Positions 18,049 through 29,000 of a stretch of DNA of 64,000 nt are shown piece after piece. The position numbers were made by a program, and so were the translations under genes. Position 1 is the first letter of the stretch, and each line of letters starts with the position of its first letter. The notes under the pieces are model-generated. The model saw nothing but the letters and a program-made list of their open reading frames with translations, searched no databases and had not been told where the DNA came from. The DNA comes from a virus. Location: the IMG/VR virus record IMGVR_UViG_3300009509_000009, positions 1 through 64,000 of that record; one strand, 5' to 3'.

Positions 18049-18771
18049 ATGGCAAGTAAGGCAATGGCGCAACAGCGTGCAGCGAAGCCCCACCTGACCT
18101 CGGGGAAGGGTGGCGTGGCTGGTGAGGTGGACGATCTTCGAGGGGATGTCGACAGCGCCCTCGAGACCTTCGAGTCCCGCTCGGGCTATCCAGAGCTCGA
18201 CTACATCGACGGGGCAGGTCCGGCAGCAGCCGGCGGTGATATGGTCATGGTCGGCAGGCTTCTCCTGCAAGGTCAGGCCTTCGCCAGCCTGACGCTCGGC
18301 GCATCGCTCGACATCATCGCCAGGGTCCCCGGCAGGGCCGGCAACGACTACAGCGTGGAGGTCATCGACTCCGGCGGCGTGGGTGGACTGGCAGTGTCGT
18401 GGGCAGCAGACAAGCTCACGATCGACCTCGATGGTGCAACCCCCAACGAGGATGCCATCGCCACGGCCATCAACGACGCCGGCGTTGGGTCCCCGCTGCG
18501 AGCGAACTCAGGTGGTGGAGCGGCCTTCGGTACGGTCGCCGAGACCTCGCTGGCCGGCGGAGCTGGCGACGGCTGGAGCTGTACGGTTGGTGGCTTCGAC
18601 GCCCCGATCAAGTTCGACACGGGTGCTGCGACGTCCAACGCCAACCTCACCGAGACTCAGGTCACCGTTACTGTCCCGGCTTTGGCCCCGATCGTCGCCA
18701 CCGACAAGGCGCACGTCTCGGTCACGACGGATGGGATCCGGTCCGACCTCGGTGCGGTGGCAGTCGAGTAG
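18049..18771 (+). CDS. Putative virion structural protein (sheath-like beta-rich domain)
   Basis: AGGAGG RBS; ARVPGRAGNDYSVEV...LAGG pattern typical of sheath-associated domains. Confidence 0.5.
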   Translation: MASKAMAQQRAAKPHLTSGKGGVAGEVDDLRGDVDSALETFESRSGYPELDYIDGAGPAAAGGDMVMVGRLLLQGQAFASLTLGASLDIIARVPGRAGNDYSVEVIDSGGVGGLAVSWAADKLTIDLDGATPNEDAIATAINDAGVGSPLRANSGGGAAFGTVAETSLAGGAGDGWSCTVGGFDAPIKFDTGAATSNANLTETQVTVTVPALAPIVATDKAHVSVTTDGIRSDLGAVAVE

Positions 18772-18776
18772 TAGAG

Positions 18777-19790
18777 GTGGCTGAACGTCAGCATGAGGAT
18801 GATCTGTATCAGTTGCTTCGAGGCGTGAACAAGAATGAAGTCGCGCCTCGGGGCACTGATGCGGTTCAGCCTGCCGTCGCCTCTTATGACACCCTCATCG
18901 AGCCTCCCATAAAGGATGCTACGCCCGAGGAGGATGAGCCGACCAACGAGCCGACGGATAAAGTGCCAGAAGAGGACGGTCAGCCGCAGTCCCCAGAGGG
19001 TGGAGCCGATTACAAGCCGTTCACCCTTCGATCAGTATTCGCTCATCACGACTCTCACCCACTCCTGATGGACATGCTTCTCCTAGAGAAGTATGGACTC
19101 GACTGGTTGACGTGGGAGCCGGAGACGCTCTGGGATGCGATCTCGGAGGACTTCAAGACCACGGTAAGCACCAACAATGCCAGCATGATCCAAGCGGCGA
19201 AGACGTGCCACCTGGTCGAGACGCCTTGGGTAGCGTGGGAGATCTTCGTACCAGTCTGCCAGGCGTTCAACAACAACATTCCAAACTTCAGGACGTTCTT
19301 CAAACCTACGATTCCGCAGACGATGTTTGCGGTCGAGGTGATGAACTCTATCGACGACCGCAAGTTCAGCGAGGAGCTGGAGCGGTTCGTTGCTGCAGTC
19401 TTCCTGGACGCCAGCGTCTTCTACCTGCCGCCTCCAGTCGACTTCGCCCAGAAGATGGCGATGCAGATCGAGTATCGCTGTTCCAGATGTGGTAGAGTTG
19501 ATCTGGATGACGACAACCTCATGTGCGATTCCTGCGGCGCTCCTCAATCGGCGCTCAAGACGATTCCGAAGTGGGACCCCGAGCCTACGAAGAAGCGTTA
19601 TGAGCACATACTGTCGCAAGGAGAGGAGCATGATGTGCTGCAGGAGAAGGGGGTTGACGTCCAGGTTGCCAAGCTGCTGGTCGCCAGGAACTACCTGGAT
19701 TACAGGAAGAAGCAGCTGGCGGATCAACTAAAGGCGGTCGAGGATGAGCGACTACAACTACGATCTGGCTCTCGTAGACGGCCAGCTTGA
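18777..19790 (+). CDS. Hypothetical protein with zinc ribbon
   Basis: Start moved to the GTG after the previous stop; CSRCG...CDSCG. Confidence 0.65.
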   Translation: MAERQHEDDLYQLLRGVNKNEVAPRGTDAVQPAVASYDTLIEPPIKDATPEEDEPTNEPTDKVPEEDGQPQSPEGGADYKPFTLRSVFAHHDSHPLLMDMLLLEKYGLDWLTWEPETLWDAISEDFKTTVSTNNASMIQAAKTCHLVETPWVAWEIFVPVCQAFNNNIPNFRTFFKPTIPQTMFAVEVMNSIDDRKFSEELERFVAAVFLDASVFYLPPPVDFAQKMAMQIEYRCSRCGRVDLDDDNLMCDSCGAPQSALKTIPKWDPEPTKKRYEHILSQGEEHDVLQEKGVDVQVAKLLVARNYLDYRKKQLADQLKAVEDERLQLRSGSRRRPA

Positions 19791-20715
19791 CGAGTTTCAA
19801 AAGATCGCCTTCGTCGGTAGGGTGGCTCGAGCTCTTGGCCGTGGCACGGCTATGAGAGGTGCTGCCATAGGCGGAGGCATCGGTGCGTTGAGTGGCGGCG
19901 CTCTCGGAGCAGCTTCAGCTGACCCTTCACAGGGAACAATGGGCAGGGTTCAGGGAGCTATATCAGGAGCTCTGTCTGGCGGCATCCTTGGTGCTGGCAC
20001 CGGTACCGTAGCGACGAAGGCTGGTAGGCAGTGGATAGGACGTGCTGGTAAGGCGCAGGTGCACGGGCTGACTGGCTGGGTGCCCGGTTCAAGGAAAGCT
20101 GGCAAGGGATTCTTCGGACAGCACATGAATCCAGCAGAGAGGGCCAAGGCCCTCGAGGGCCTTGGCATCACCGCTCCGAAGGGACGACTGTCTCACGGTC
20201 AGGCGCTCGGAAAGATTCAGCAGGGCAGGCTTACTGGGAAGCTCCCATCGGGGATGCAGCAGCAGCTCGCCGATCTCTCCGTGGCACGTCACATGGCTCA
20301 GCAACAGCAGGTGAGCAAAGGACTCACGTCCGTACCAGGATTCGTCAAAGGAATGGTGAAGGACCCGACTGGCACAGCAAAGACTGGCCTCCTCGCCGCC
20401 GGCGGACTTGGTACAGCGATGACTCTTGGCTTCAGTGCTCCTGAGGCTATCCAGGCGGCCAAGGAAAGGGACATCAAGAGGCTCGGAGGATCTCTGGCGG
20501 AGACTGGATTCTACGCAATGGGCGGTGGTATCCCCATGCTTGGGTCCATGGCACTCGGAAGTGGTGTCAGACGTCTGGGGCAGGCTCCTGGCGCTCTGGT
20601 GGAGAAGGTGATGGGCCAAGGACCTCAGCCGGGTCAGCCGCAACGAACGATGGGTAGCGGCGCCCAGAGGGCTGCGGCTCAGAGGGCTGTTCACCACATG
20701 ACTAGGGAGGGCTGA
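19744..20715 (+). CDS. Glycine-zipper protein with DEFQKIA leader (putative internal/ejected virion protein)
   Basis: QLDEFQKIA followed by GAAIGGGIGALSGGALG and further GxxxG arrays. Confidence 0.65.
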   Translation: MSDYNYDLALVDGQLDEFQKIAFVGRVARALGRGTAMRGAAIGGGIGALSGGALGAASADPSQGTMGRVQGAISGALSGGILGAGTGTVATKAGRQWIGRAGKAQVHGLTGWVPGSRKAGKGFFGQHMNPAERAKALEGLGITAPKGRLSHGQALGKIQQGRLTGKLPSGMQQQLADLSVARHMAQQQQVSKGLTSVPGFVKGMVKDPTGTAKTGLLAAGGLGTAMTLGFSAPEAIQAAKERDIKRLGGSLAETGFYAMGGGIPMLGSMALGSGVRRLGQAPGALVEKVMGQGPQPGQPQRTMGSGAQRAAAQRAVHHMTREG

Positions 20716-20720
20716 GTCTG

Positions 20721-22604
20721 ATGTTTGATTTCAACAGAGCACCAGCTACTCGCCCAACCATGGCCCCCGGCCGTATTCAGGGTGGCCAACGGCTCCAAGG
20801 TGTGAACTACCCGAGCCCGTTCTTCGATGTCGCTCATACGTACCTGCCAACAACCATCAAGCAGATGTTTCGGTGGTGCAGGTATTACTACCTCACCAAT
20901 CCGTTGATCGCCGCAACCGTCAACAAGATGGCGGAGTACCCGATCACTGACATCTTGGTGGACGAGGACAACAAGGGGCTGAAGCAGAAGTGGGAGGACT
21001 TCTTCGAGGACACTCTTCAGCTACGCCCATTCCTGATCGAGGCTGGTCTGTTCTACATGACCTACGGCAATGCCATGATCTCGATCAGCCATCCGTTCAT
21101 CAAGTGGCTCACATGCAAGCATTGTGGCCACAAAGTCCAGGCCAGGAAAGCTCGGTTCCAGTTCAGAGAAACGAAGTTCTTCCTGCACTGTGATCACTGC
21201 GGCACGAGCGGTGACGCCGTAGCCTTTGACCAGTACCTCAGGACTCCTCATAAGCTGAAGCTCATCCTGTGGAATCCCGAGGACATCGAGATCAGATACA
21301 ACGAGCTGACTGGGGAGACCACGTACTACTACACAGTCCCCCAGAAAACCAAGAACGAGATCACTCTGGGCAAGCGAGATGTGGTAACCACAGTCCCGCA
21401 GGTGTTCATCGACTCGGTGAAGTCCCGCAAGGCTGTAATCATTTCGCCTGACAACATCTTCCATCTCAGACGCCCGTCCATACTGACTGGCAAGAGAGAT
21501 AGAGGATGGGGTATCCCGATCATCCTTCCTGTTCTGAAGGACGTCTTCTACCTGCAGCTGATGAAGAAGGCCCAGGAGGCTATCCTACTCGAGCGCATCG
21601 TTCCTCTCACAGTGCTGTTCCCACAGCCTGGATCTGGTACATCAGACCCATTCCAGATGGTGAATCTGCAGGACTGGAAGAACCAGGTCGTCAAGGAGAT
21701 CCAGCGTTGGAGGATTGATAGGAACTACATTCCGGTCATGCCGCTGCCACTGGGCAACCAGGTTGTCGGTGGGGACGGTAGAGCTCTGCTACTCAGCCAA
21801 GAGATCAAGATCTGGAGTGATCACATCATCTCTGGAATGGGAGTGCCCAACGAGTTTGTCTTTGGTGGTCTGCAGTGGTCTGGGTCGAACGTGTCTCTCC
21901 GGATGCTCGAGAACCAGTTCATGCGGTACGTGCAGGACCTTGGAAGATTCCTCCGTATCTTCCTGGTGCCCAAGATCGCTGCGTACCTCGACTGGCCCAA
22001 GGTCAACGTCAGGTTCAAGCCGTTCAAGATGGCTGATGATCTACAGCGCAAGGCTCTGTACATGCAGCTCAACCAAGCTGGTAAGCTCAGCGATACGACA
22101 CTGCTCAACGACTGCGACTTCAATCCCGAGGATGAGGACGAGCTCATGGCCACTGAGACGGAGCGTCGTCTCGAGGCTGTCAAGAAGCAACAGCTCGCTG
22201 AGGCTGAGATCCAGGGAGAGATGGGTGTCATCCAAGCCAGGTACCAAGCCAAGGCTCAGCAAGTCATTGCTGAGGAGCAGGAGCAGATGGCCCGAGGCAC
22301 GCAGGGCACAGCTCAGGGTGAGCCTGGTGCGGAGATGGGAGGAGGCCCGGCTACAGCTCCGGAGCAGCAACCCGCTCCTCCTTCAGGAGCTCCACCTCCT
22401 CAGATGATGCCTCAGATCATTCAGAGGATGAGAGCCATGAGCCCGGACGCCCAGGTAGGTCTTCTGAAACAGATCGCTCAGAGGAATCCGGAGATGGCTA
22501 TGCAGATCGCCGAGGCACTCCAGCCAGGCGAAGAGATGACGCGCGGTGAGCCGCTGCCCGAGACTCTTCCTCCGAGGAGAGACGCGGCCAGCGCTCTGAT
22601 ATAG
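20721..22604 (+). CDS. Portal protein with Zn-ribbon insertion
   Basis: RYYYLTNPLIAATVNKMAEYP, IFHLRRP...GWGIP, MGVP..F; Gln/Pro-rich tail; 627 aa. Confidence 0.75.
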   Translation: MFDFNRAPATRPTMAPGRIQGGQRLQGVNYPSPFFDVAHTYLPTTIKQMFRWCRYYYLTNPLIAATVNKMAEYPITDILVDEDNKGLKQKWEDFFEDTLQLRPFLIEAGLFYMTYGNAMISISHPFIKWLTCKHCGHKVQARKARFQFRETKFFLHCDHCGTSGDAVAFDQYLRTPHKLKLILWNPEDIEIRYNELTGETTYYYTVPQKTKNEITLGKRDVVTTVPQVFIDSVKSRKAVIISPDNIFHLRRPSILTGKRDRGWGIPIILPVLKDVFYLQLMKKAQEAILLERIVPLTVLFPQPGSGTSDPFQMVNLQDWKNQVVKEIQRWRIDRNYIPVMPLPLGNQVVGGDGRALLLSQEIKIWSDHIISGMGVPNEFVFGGLQWSGSNVSLRMLENQFMRYVQDLGRFLRIFLVPKIAAYLDWPKVNVRFKPFKMADDLQRKALYMQLNQAGKLSDTTLLNDCDFNPEDEDELMATETERRLEAVKKQQLAEAEIQGEMGVIQARYQAKAQQVIAEEQEQMARGTQGTAQGEPGAEMGGGPATAPEQQPAPPSGAPPPQMMPQIIQRMRAMSPDAQVGLLKQIAQRNPEMAMQIAEALQPGEEMTRGEPLPETLPPRRDAASALI

Positions 22605-22605
22605 G

Positions 22606-22646
22606 ACTAAAAGAAATCGCCGGACCCGTTGGAACGAGCCCGGCGA
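22606..22646 (-). terminator. Leftward intrinsic terminator
   Basis: Long stem with two G-U pairs only on the minus strand, followed by TTTCTTTTAG. Confidence 0.75.
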
Positions 22647-22673
22647 CGTGGGGTTTCCTTGGCTACTCTTTAC

Positions 22674-22769
22674 CTACCGTTGTCGACTGGCCGTCTCTTT
22701 GACGACGAGGTAGTGGGTCACCCGGGCAAGGTAGGTGCCCACTGCAGCCAGGATGAAAAGCTCAACCAT
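22674..22769 (-). CDS. 31-aa hydrophobic peptide (not in ORF track)
   Basis: GAGGAGG RBS; MVELFILAAVGTYLARVTHYLVVKETASRQR. Confidence 0.55.
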   Translation of the reverse strand: MVELFILAAVGTYLARVTHYLVVKETASRQR

Positions 22770-22899
22770 CGTCGTCCTCCTCTTCATCGTCGTCTTGGCG
22801 ATCGTCCTGTTGTTCTTGAGCTGGTTGGCTCTGAGAACTCATGGCTAGAAGATCGTTCTCGAGGGCTGCGAAGAAATCCGGCTTGTTCCACTCTCCCAT
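22762..22899 (-). CDS. 45-aa acidic peptide (not in ORF track)
   Basis: GAAGGGG RBS; MGEWNKPDFFAALENDLLAM...DDDEEEDDDG; directly downstream of promoter copy B. Confidence 0.55.
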   Translation of the reverse strand: MGEWNKPDFFAALENDLLAMSSQSQPAQEQQDDRQDDDEEEDDDG

Positions 22900-22951
22900 A
22901 TCCAATCCCCTTCTTTTCCCTGCGAGAGTTGGAATCTAAGCTGGTGCTCTT

Positions 22952-22986
22952 CAAAGCTCTTATAACCACTAGATTGACCACCCTGC
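22952..22986 (-). promoter_or_regulatory. Putative phage promoter, copy B
   Basis: GCA-N17-GTTATAAGAGCTTTG. Confidence 0.75.
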
Positions 22987-23003
22987 GGCGAGGCTGCTAA
23001 GGT
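22974..23003 (+). promoter_or_regulatory. Possible sigma70-type promoter of the RNAP gene
   Basis: TTGACC-N18-TAAGGT with TGn extended -10; overlaps copy B on the other strand. Confidence 0.4.
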
Positions 23004-23030
23004 GAGTAGGCTGGAAACATAGGAGAAAAT

Positions 23031-26000
23031 ATGGCCCGGCTAGACCCTAGAGAGGGGTTCGAGCTCCTCAAAGACAGGGTGACTACCGAGGTGAAGGCTG
23101 CGTTCCCCCAGGAGGGGAACGATCACATTCTCGACATCGAGAATGTGGAGATCCAGGACGAGCTGGACCCCGAGGATATTGAGGGTCAGAAGAAAGCGAA
23201 GCTCGGTGGATCAACCTGGGGAGTCCCCGTGAAAGCAGAGTTCGTCTTGAAGGACAAGGCGAGCGGCAAGGTCATCAACCGAAGTAAGATCAAGGTGGCG
23301 ACGATCCCGAAGCATACTCGTCGTCATTCCTTCATAGTCGGTGGATCTGAGTACCAGGTGGACAACCAGTGGCGGTTGAAGCCCGGTATCTACACACGTG
23401 TCGCGCAGAACGGTCAGCTCGAGTCACGGTTCAACTTCCAGGGCAAGATGAACCTCGATATGATCTTCGACCCCAAGAGCAGGAAGTTTCAGCTCAAGCA
23501 CGGTGGGTCGAAGCCGCCGCTCTATCCAATACTCAAGGCGGTTGGCGTTGACGACGACGCGCTACAGCAGGCGTGGGGCAAAGAGATCCTCAACGCCAAC
23601 AAGACAACGCCGAATGGAAAGGCGCTGAACGTAGAGAAGCTAGCGATCGGTTTCGCCAAGAGACTCGATCCAAACAAAGACGTCAAGAACTTCGACGACG
23701 CTGGAGATGTCATTCGTGAATACATGGGTACGGCGGAGCTCAGACCCGACGTGACCAAGCTCACGCTAGGCAAGGAGTTCAATACCATCACGCCTGAAGC
23801 ACTCACGAGGACGTCGGGTAGACTTCTTGGTGTAGCTAGAGGCGACAAGCCAGACGTGCGGGATGCTCTGCAGTTCAAAGATCTTCTCAGCACGGAGGAC
23901 TTCATCGCTGAGCGTCTTCAGCAAAGCGCCAAGATCATCAAGCGCAGGATACAGAACAACATAGATCGAAGGACCACCGTTCGTGAGATCGTGGGGCCAG
24001 ACATTTTCGATCGACCCGTCAAAGAGTTCTTCTCGAAGACGTCGCTGGCGAATACACCTCAGCAGGTCAATCCACTCGAGATGTTGTCCGGCCAGCAGCG
24101 TACCACTATCACTGGAGAGGGTGGAGTCAAGAGCGCACACAAGATCCAAGAGGACGCAAAGCTAGTAGATCCGTCACACTTCGGTGTGCTCGACCCACTA
24201 CACACTCCGGAGTCCGACAAGACAGGAGTGACACTACACCTTGCCATGAGCGCCGTGAAGAAGGGCAACAAGGCCTTCGTCCCACTGCACAATGTCAAGA
24301 CTGGAAAGGTAGAGTATCTCGATCCAGAGACGGTCAATGAGAAGATCGTGGCAATGCCGGATGAGGGTAGGTGGGACAAGGGTAAGTGGGTGCCCAACGC
24401 GAAGAAGGTCAAGGCGAGTACGCTGGGCAATGAGATTCGAGACGTCGACTCCTCCAAGGTCCAGTACGTCATGAAGAATCCTGGTCAGATGTTCTCTCTC
24501 GCCACCAACATGGTTCCGTTCCTCTCCTGCGACTCCCCGAATAGATCATCCATGGCTGGGAAGCAGATGGAGCAGGCGATCTCGCTGAAGTATAGAGAGC
24601 CGCCTCTAGTTCAGGTAGCGCGAGGAGACGGGACCAAGAAGACCTTCGACGAGTTCGTCGGGCGATATGCCTCTCATGAATCCCCAGTTGATGGGAAGGT
24701 GACCAACATCACTGACACGTTCATGGAGGTCAAGTCGGGGCGCAAGACACACAAGGTCCAGCTGTACAAGGACTATCCCCTCAATGACAAGAAGGGTCTT
24801 CTCCAGAGTACCCCTACGGTGAAGGTAGGGGACAAGGTGATGAAAGGGCAGACTGTAGCCGATACCAACTTCACAAAGGGCGGAGTCTACGCGCCTGGAG
24901 TGAACCTCAACATCGGGTACACGCCGTGGAAGGGCTACAACTTCGAGGACGGTGTGGTGATCTCTGAGTCTGCTGCGAAGAAGCTGACTTCAGAGCACAT
25001 GCACAAGAAGACCCTGTCCACAAAGGAGGCGAAAGCTCCCGGCAAGGAAGTCTTCATGTCCCACTTTGCCAGCAGTCTGGACAAGGAGCAGGCAGAGAAG
25101 CTGGACAGAGACGGCATCATCAAGCCGGGCATGAGGATCAGAAAGGGCGACACTCTCATCGCTGCAGTGGCCGACGCCCCGCCCACTACTGAGAATCAGA
25201 TGTTCAAGAATCTCCACCGATCATTGGTGCAGCCATTCGACAACCGATCTATCACCTGGGAAGAAGACCAGGAGGGTGAAGTCGTCAATGTCACCAAGAA
25301 GGGGAAGAAGATCCAGGTTCACGTCAAGACTGAAGAGCCGATGACTGTTGGCGACAAGATGGTTGGGCGCCACGGCAATAAGGGAATCGTCACCAAGATC
25401 TTGCCAGACAACGAGATGCCGTCGACCAAAGATGGCAAGCCCCTCGAGGTGCTGATGAATCCAATCGGTATTGCTGGTCGGATGAACATCGGTCAGGTGC
25501 TTGAGACAGCAGCCTCTAAGGTAGCTGAGAAGCGCGGACGCCCGCTCAAGATCACAAACTTTGGAGTCAGTGATAGCCGCACGGAGATCGAGAATCTGCT
25601 GAAGCGGCATGGAGTATCAGATCGAGAGACCATTGTAGATCCAAAAGACGGGACGGAGATAGAGGGCATCCAGGTTGGAAAGCAGTACATCCTCAAGCTC
25701 CAACACCAAGTAGATAAGAAGATGTCTGCTCGAGACAGAGCTGGCTACGATCGTAACTTGATCCCAAAGGGCGGCGGGAAGCACGGTGCTCAGGCGCTAG
25801 GAGCTCTCGGCATGTACGCCATGTTAGCTCACGGGGCTAAGCACAACATCCGTGAGATGCAGACCTACAAGTCTGATAAGGCGCAGAACGACGATCTTTG
25901 GAGCGCCATTCAGACTGGTGAGCCACTGCCTCCTCCGAAGACTACCTTCGGGTATCAGAAGTTCGAGTCCTACCTCAAGGGAATGGGCGTCGACACGCAG

Positions 26001-29000
26001 AAGGATGGGAACTCCCTGAATCTCATACCACTGACTGACAAGCAGGTGGAGGAGATGTCTTCTGGGGAACTCAAGGATGCGGGGCGGGCTGTTCGAGGGT
26101 ACAAGATTGGATCGAAGCGCAGAGGCTCAATAGATCCTGAGAAGTCTGGTCTATTCGATCCGCAGATCACCGGGGGCTTGGATGGCACCAGGTGGTCTCA
26201 CATCAACCTAGCAGAGCCAGTGCCAAATCCACTCTTCGAGAAAGCAGTCCGTAGTCTCACCGGGATTCGTGGACCTCAGTTCAATCGTCTGATCGAAGGC
26301 AAGGACGGCGTCGATAAAGACGGAAAGATAGTTCCTCCGGGTACTCAGGGAGCTCTCTACGGTCCTCAGTCCATTGGTCTCATGCTGGATAAGGTAGACA
26401 TCAACAAGGACCTGCAGGCCGCGCAAGCGAAGCTCCCAACCATCAAGAATCGTCAGCCACTGAATGAGACACGCCGAAAGATCAAGTACCTGCAGGCCCT
26501 GCAGAAGGTTGGCCTGTCCCCTCGTGAAGCGTACATGACCTCGAAGGTTCCAGTTCTTCCTCCAGCGATGAGGCCTCTATCAATGCTCGAGGACGGAGCT
26601 CTGCAGTTCGATGATCTCAACCAGCTCTACAAGGACGTGGCCCTACTTGATCAGCAGATCAAGGAGATGCCCAGCTTCGCGCCAGACAGCGCGAAGGCAG
26701 AGGCTAGGGCTGACGTATACGATCGGATGAAGGCCCTAACTGGTCTTGGTGGCTCCCTCAAGGGAAGGTACAAGGGGATAGCCGACATCATAGCCGGAGA
26801 CAATCCGAAAAGTGGTTACGCCCAGGACAAGCTGATCAAGAGGAAGATGGACCTGTCCATGAGGTCCACTATCGTGCCCGAGCCTTCATTGTCCTTGGAC
26901 GAAGTAGCCATTCCTCGCAAGGCAGCTATGGAGATCTACAAGCCCTTCATCGTCAGGGAGCTCCGTATGTCCACGGGTTCCGGACCTCTCACTGCCAAGG
27001 AGATGGTGGAGGCCAATCACCCGGCTGCTCGGGAGGCCCTGAACCGAGTGGTTGAGGAGCGACCCCTCCTCATGAAGCGCGACCCAGTACTCCACAAGTA
27101 CGGCATTCAGGCCTTCAAGCCTAAGATCGTAGAGGGCAAGGCCATCAAGATACACCCCCTTGTGTGCTCCGGATTCAACGCAGACTTCGACGGGGACACC
27201 ATGAGCGCCACAGTACCCATCACCGAGGAGGCTGTGGATGAAGCCCGAAAGATGTTTCCGTCGAAGATGCTGTTCAATCCAGCCACCAAGGGAGTCATGT
27301 ACACGCCGGCCCATGAAGCTCAGGTTGGTCTCTACATGATGACGGACGTAAAGAAGAAAACGAACTACCAGTTCAAAGATCAAGCCGCCCTCGAGCGCGC
27401 AGTGAAAGAGAAGAAGCTGGGTCCTAATGATGCTGCCAAAGTAGGCGGGAACTTCACAACACTAGATCGGTTGAGGCTCAACGCCACCCTGCCAACACAA
27501 CTGCAGGGAGGAAAGCTGCTCACTGATCTAGACTACCGCTTTACCAAGAAGGACCAGGGTCAGTTCTTCAAGCAGATGGCAGAGACGGACGAGAAGGGTT
27601 TCCCGATCAACATAGATAAGATGAAGGACGTGGGAAACCTGAAGGTCACTCATGGAGGGTTCAGCTTCGGGCTCAGTGACTTCAAAGTACACAAGGACAT
27701 TCGAGATCCGATCATGCGTGAGGCGGATAGGAGAGCGTCAGCTCTGGATTTGTCCAAGAAGAACGACATGAACAAGTTCGTCGACATCTATGAAGGTGCG
27801 ATGACCAAGATGAAGGATCGGCTGGATGTCAGAGTCAAGGAGCTCAGCACAAAGAACTCTTTGGCAATGCTCGAGACGGCAGCTGGGATCAAGGGTAAAG
27901 GGTACGCCCAGCTCACCACAGCTCCAGGTCTGTTCGTTGACGCAAAGGGAGAGGTAGTCGCCAGTCCAGTGAGGAAGTCGTACTCTGAGGGTCTCTCCGC
28001 TTCTGACTACTGGGCGTCAGTGAGCGGTGGACGCAAAGGAATCATCCAGCGAACGCAGTCTACAGCCAAGCCAGGCTATCTCACCAAGCTCATGATGAAC
28101 TCGGTGATGGACACCTTGGTGCAGGAGGACGACTGCGGTACCGATCGTGGGGTCAGTCTCAACATAGATGAACCAGACCTTATCGGTAGGTACACTACGG
28201 CCCCAATAAAGATCGGAAGCACGACGTTCAAGCCAGGAACTCTGGTCACTGCTGACATCGTCAACAAGGCCAAGAATGCTAAGGTCACCAGGATCGTTAG
28301 CCGATCTCCGATGCGTTGCAATCACGCACACGGCGTATGCGCGAAGTGCATGGGGCTCAACGAGAGAGGAGAGCACCACGGGCTCGGAACCAACATCGGC
28401 GTGCTGGCTGCCCAGGCTATCGGAGAGCGCGGAACCCAGCTCGCTATGAAGGCGTTCCACTCAGGCGGGGTGTACGAGGGTAAAGCCGCGCAGGAGAGGT
28501 CGATCACTGGTGGTGGGTTCGAGCGCGCCGTCACTCTGCTCTCCATGCCGAAGCAAGTGAAGGGATCTGCCAAGCTGGCTATCGCTTCTGGTAAGGTAGA
28601 GGCGGTGAAGAAAGATCCAGCGGGTGGGTTCGATGTGAAGATAGGCGGCGTCAAGCACTACATTCCTGCTGATCGTACACCGCTACCCGATCTGAAGAAG
28701 GGTAAGGCTTTCCGAAAAGGTGATCCTCTGACTAAGGGTCCTATCAATCCGAGGGAGCTGCTTCCTCTTACCAACATGAACAAGGTCCAGGGATACCTGG
28801 CTTCGGAGCTACACAGTCTCTATGCCCCAGAAGGAATCAGACGTAGAAACTCCGAGGTCCTCGTCAGGTCACTATCCAACGTCACCAAGGTCGAGGACTC
28901 TGGAGATAGCTCGTCGTGGATCAGGGGAGACTTTGCTCCGACTGCTGTAGTCAACGAGTGGAATCGTAAGAACGCCAAGCGCGGGCTGAAACCTGTACAG

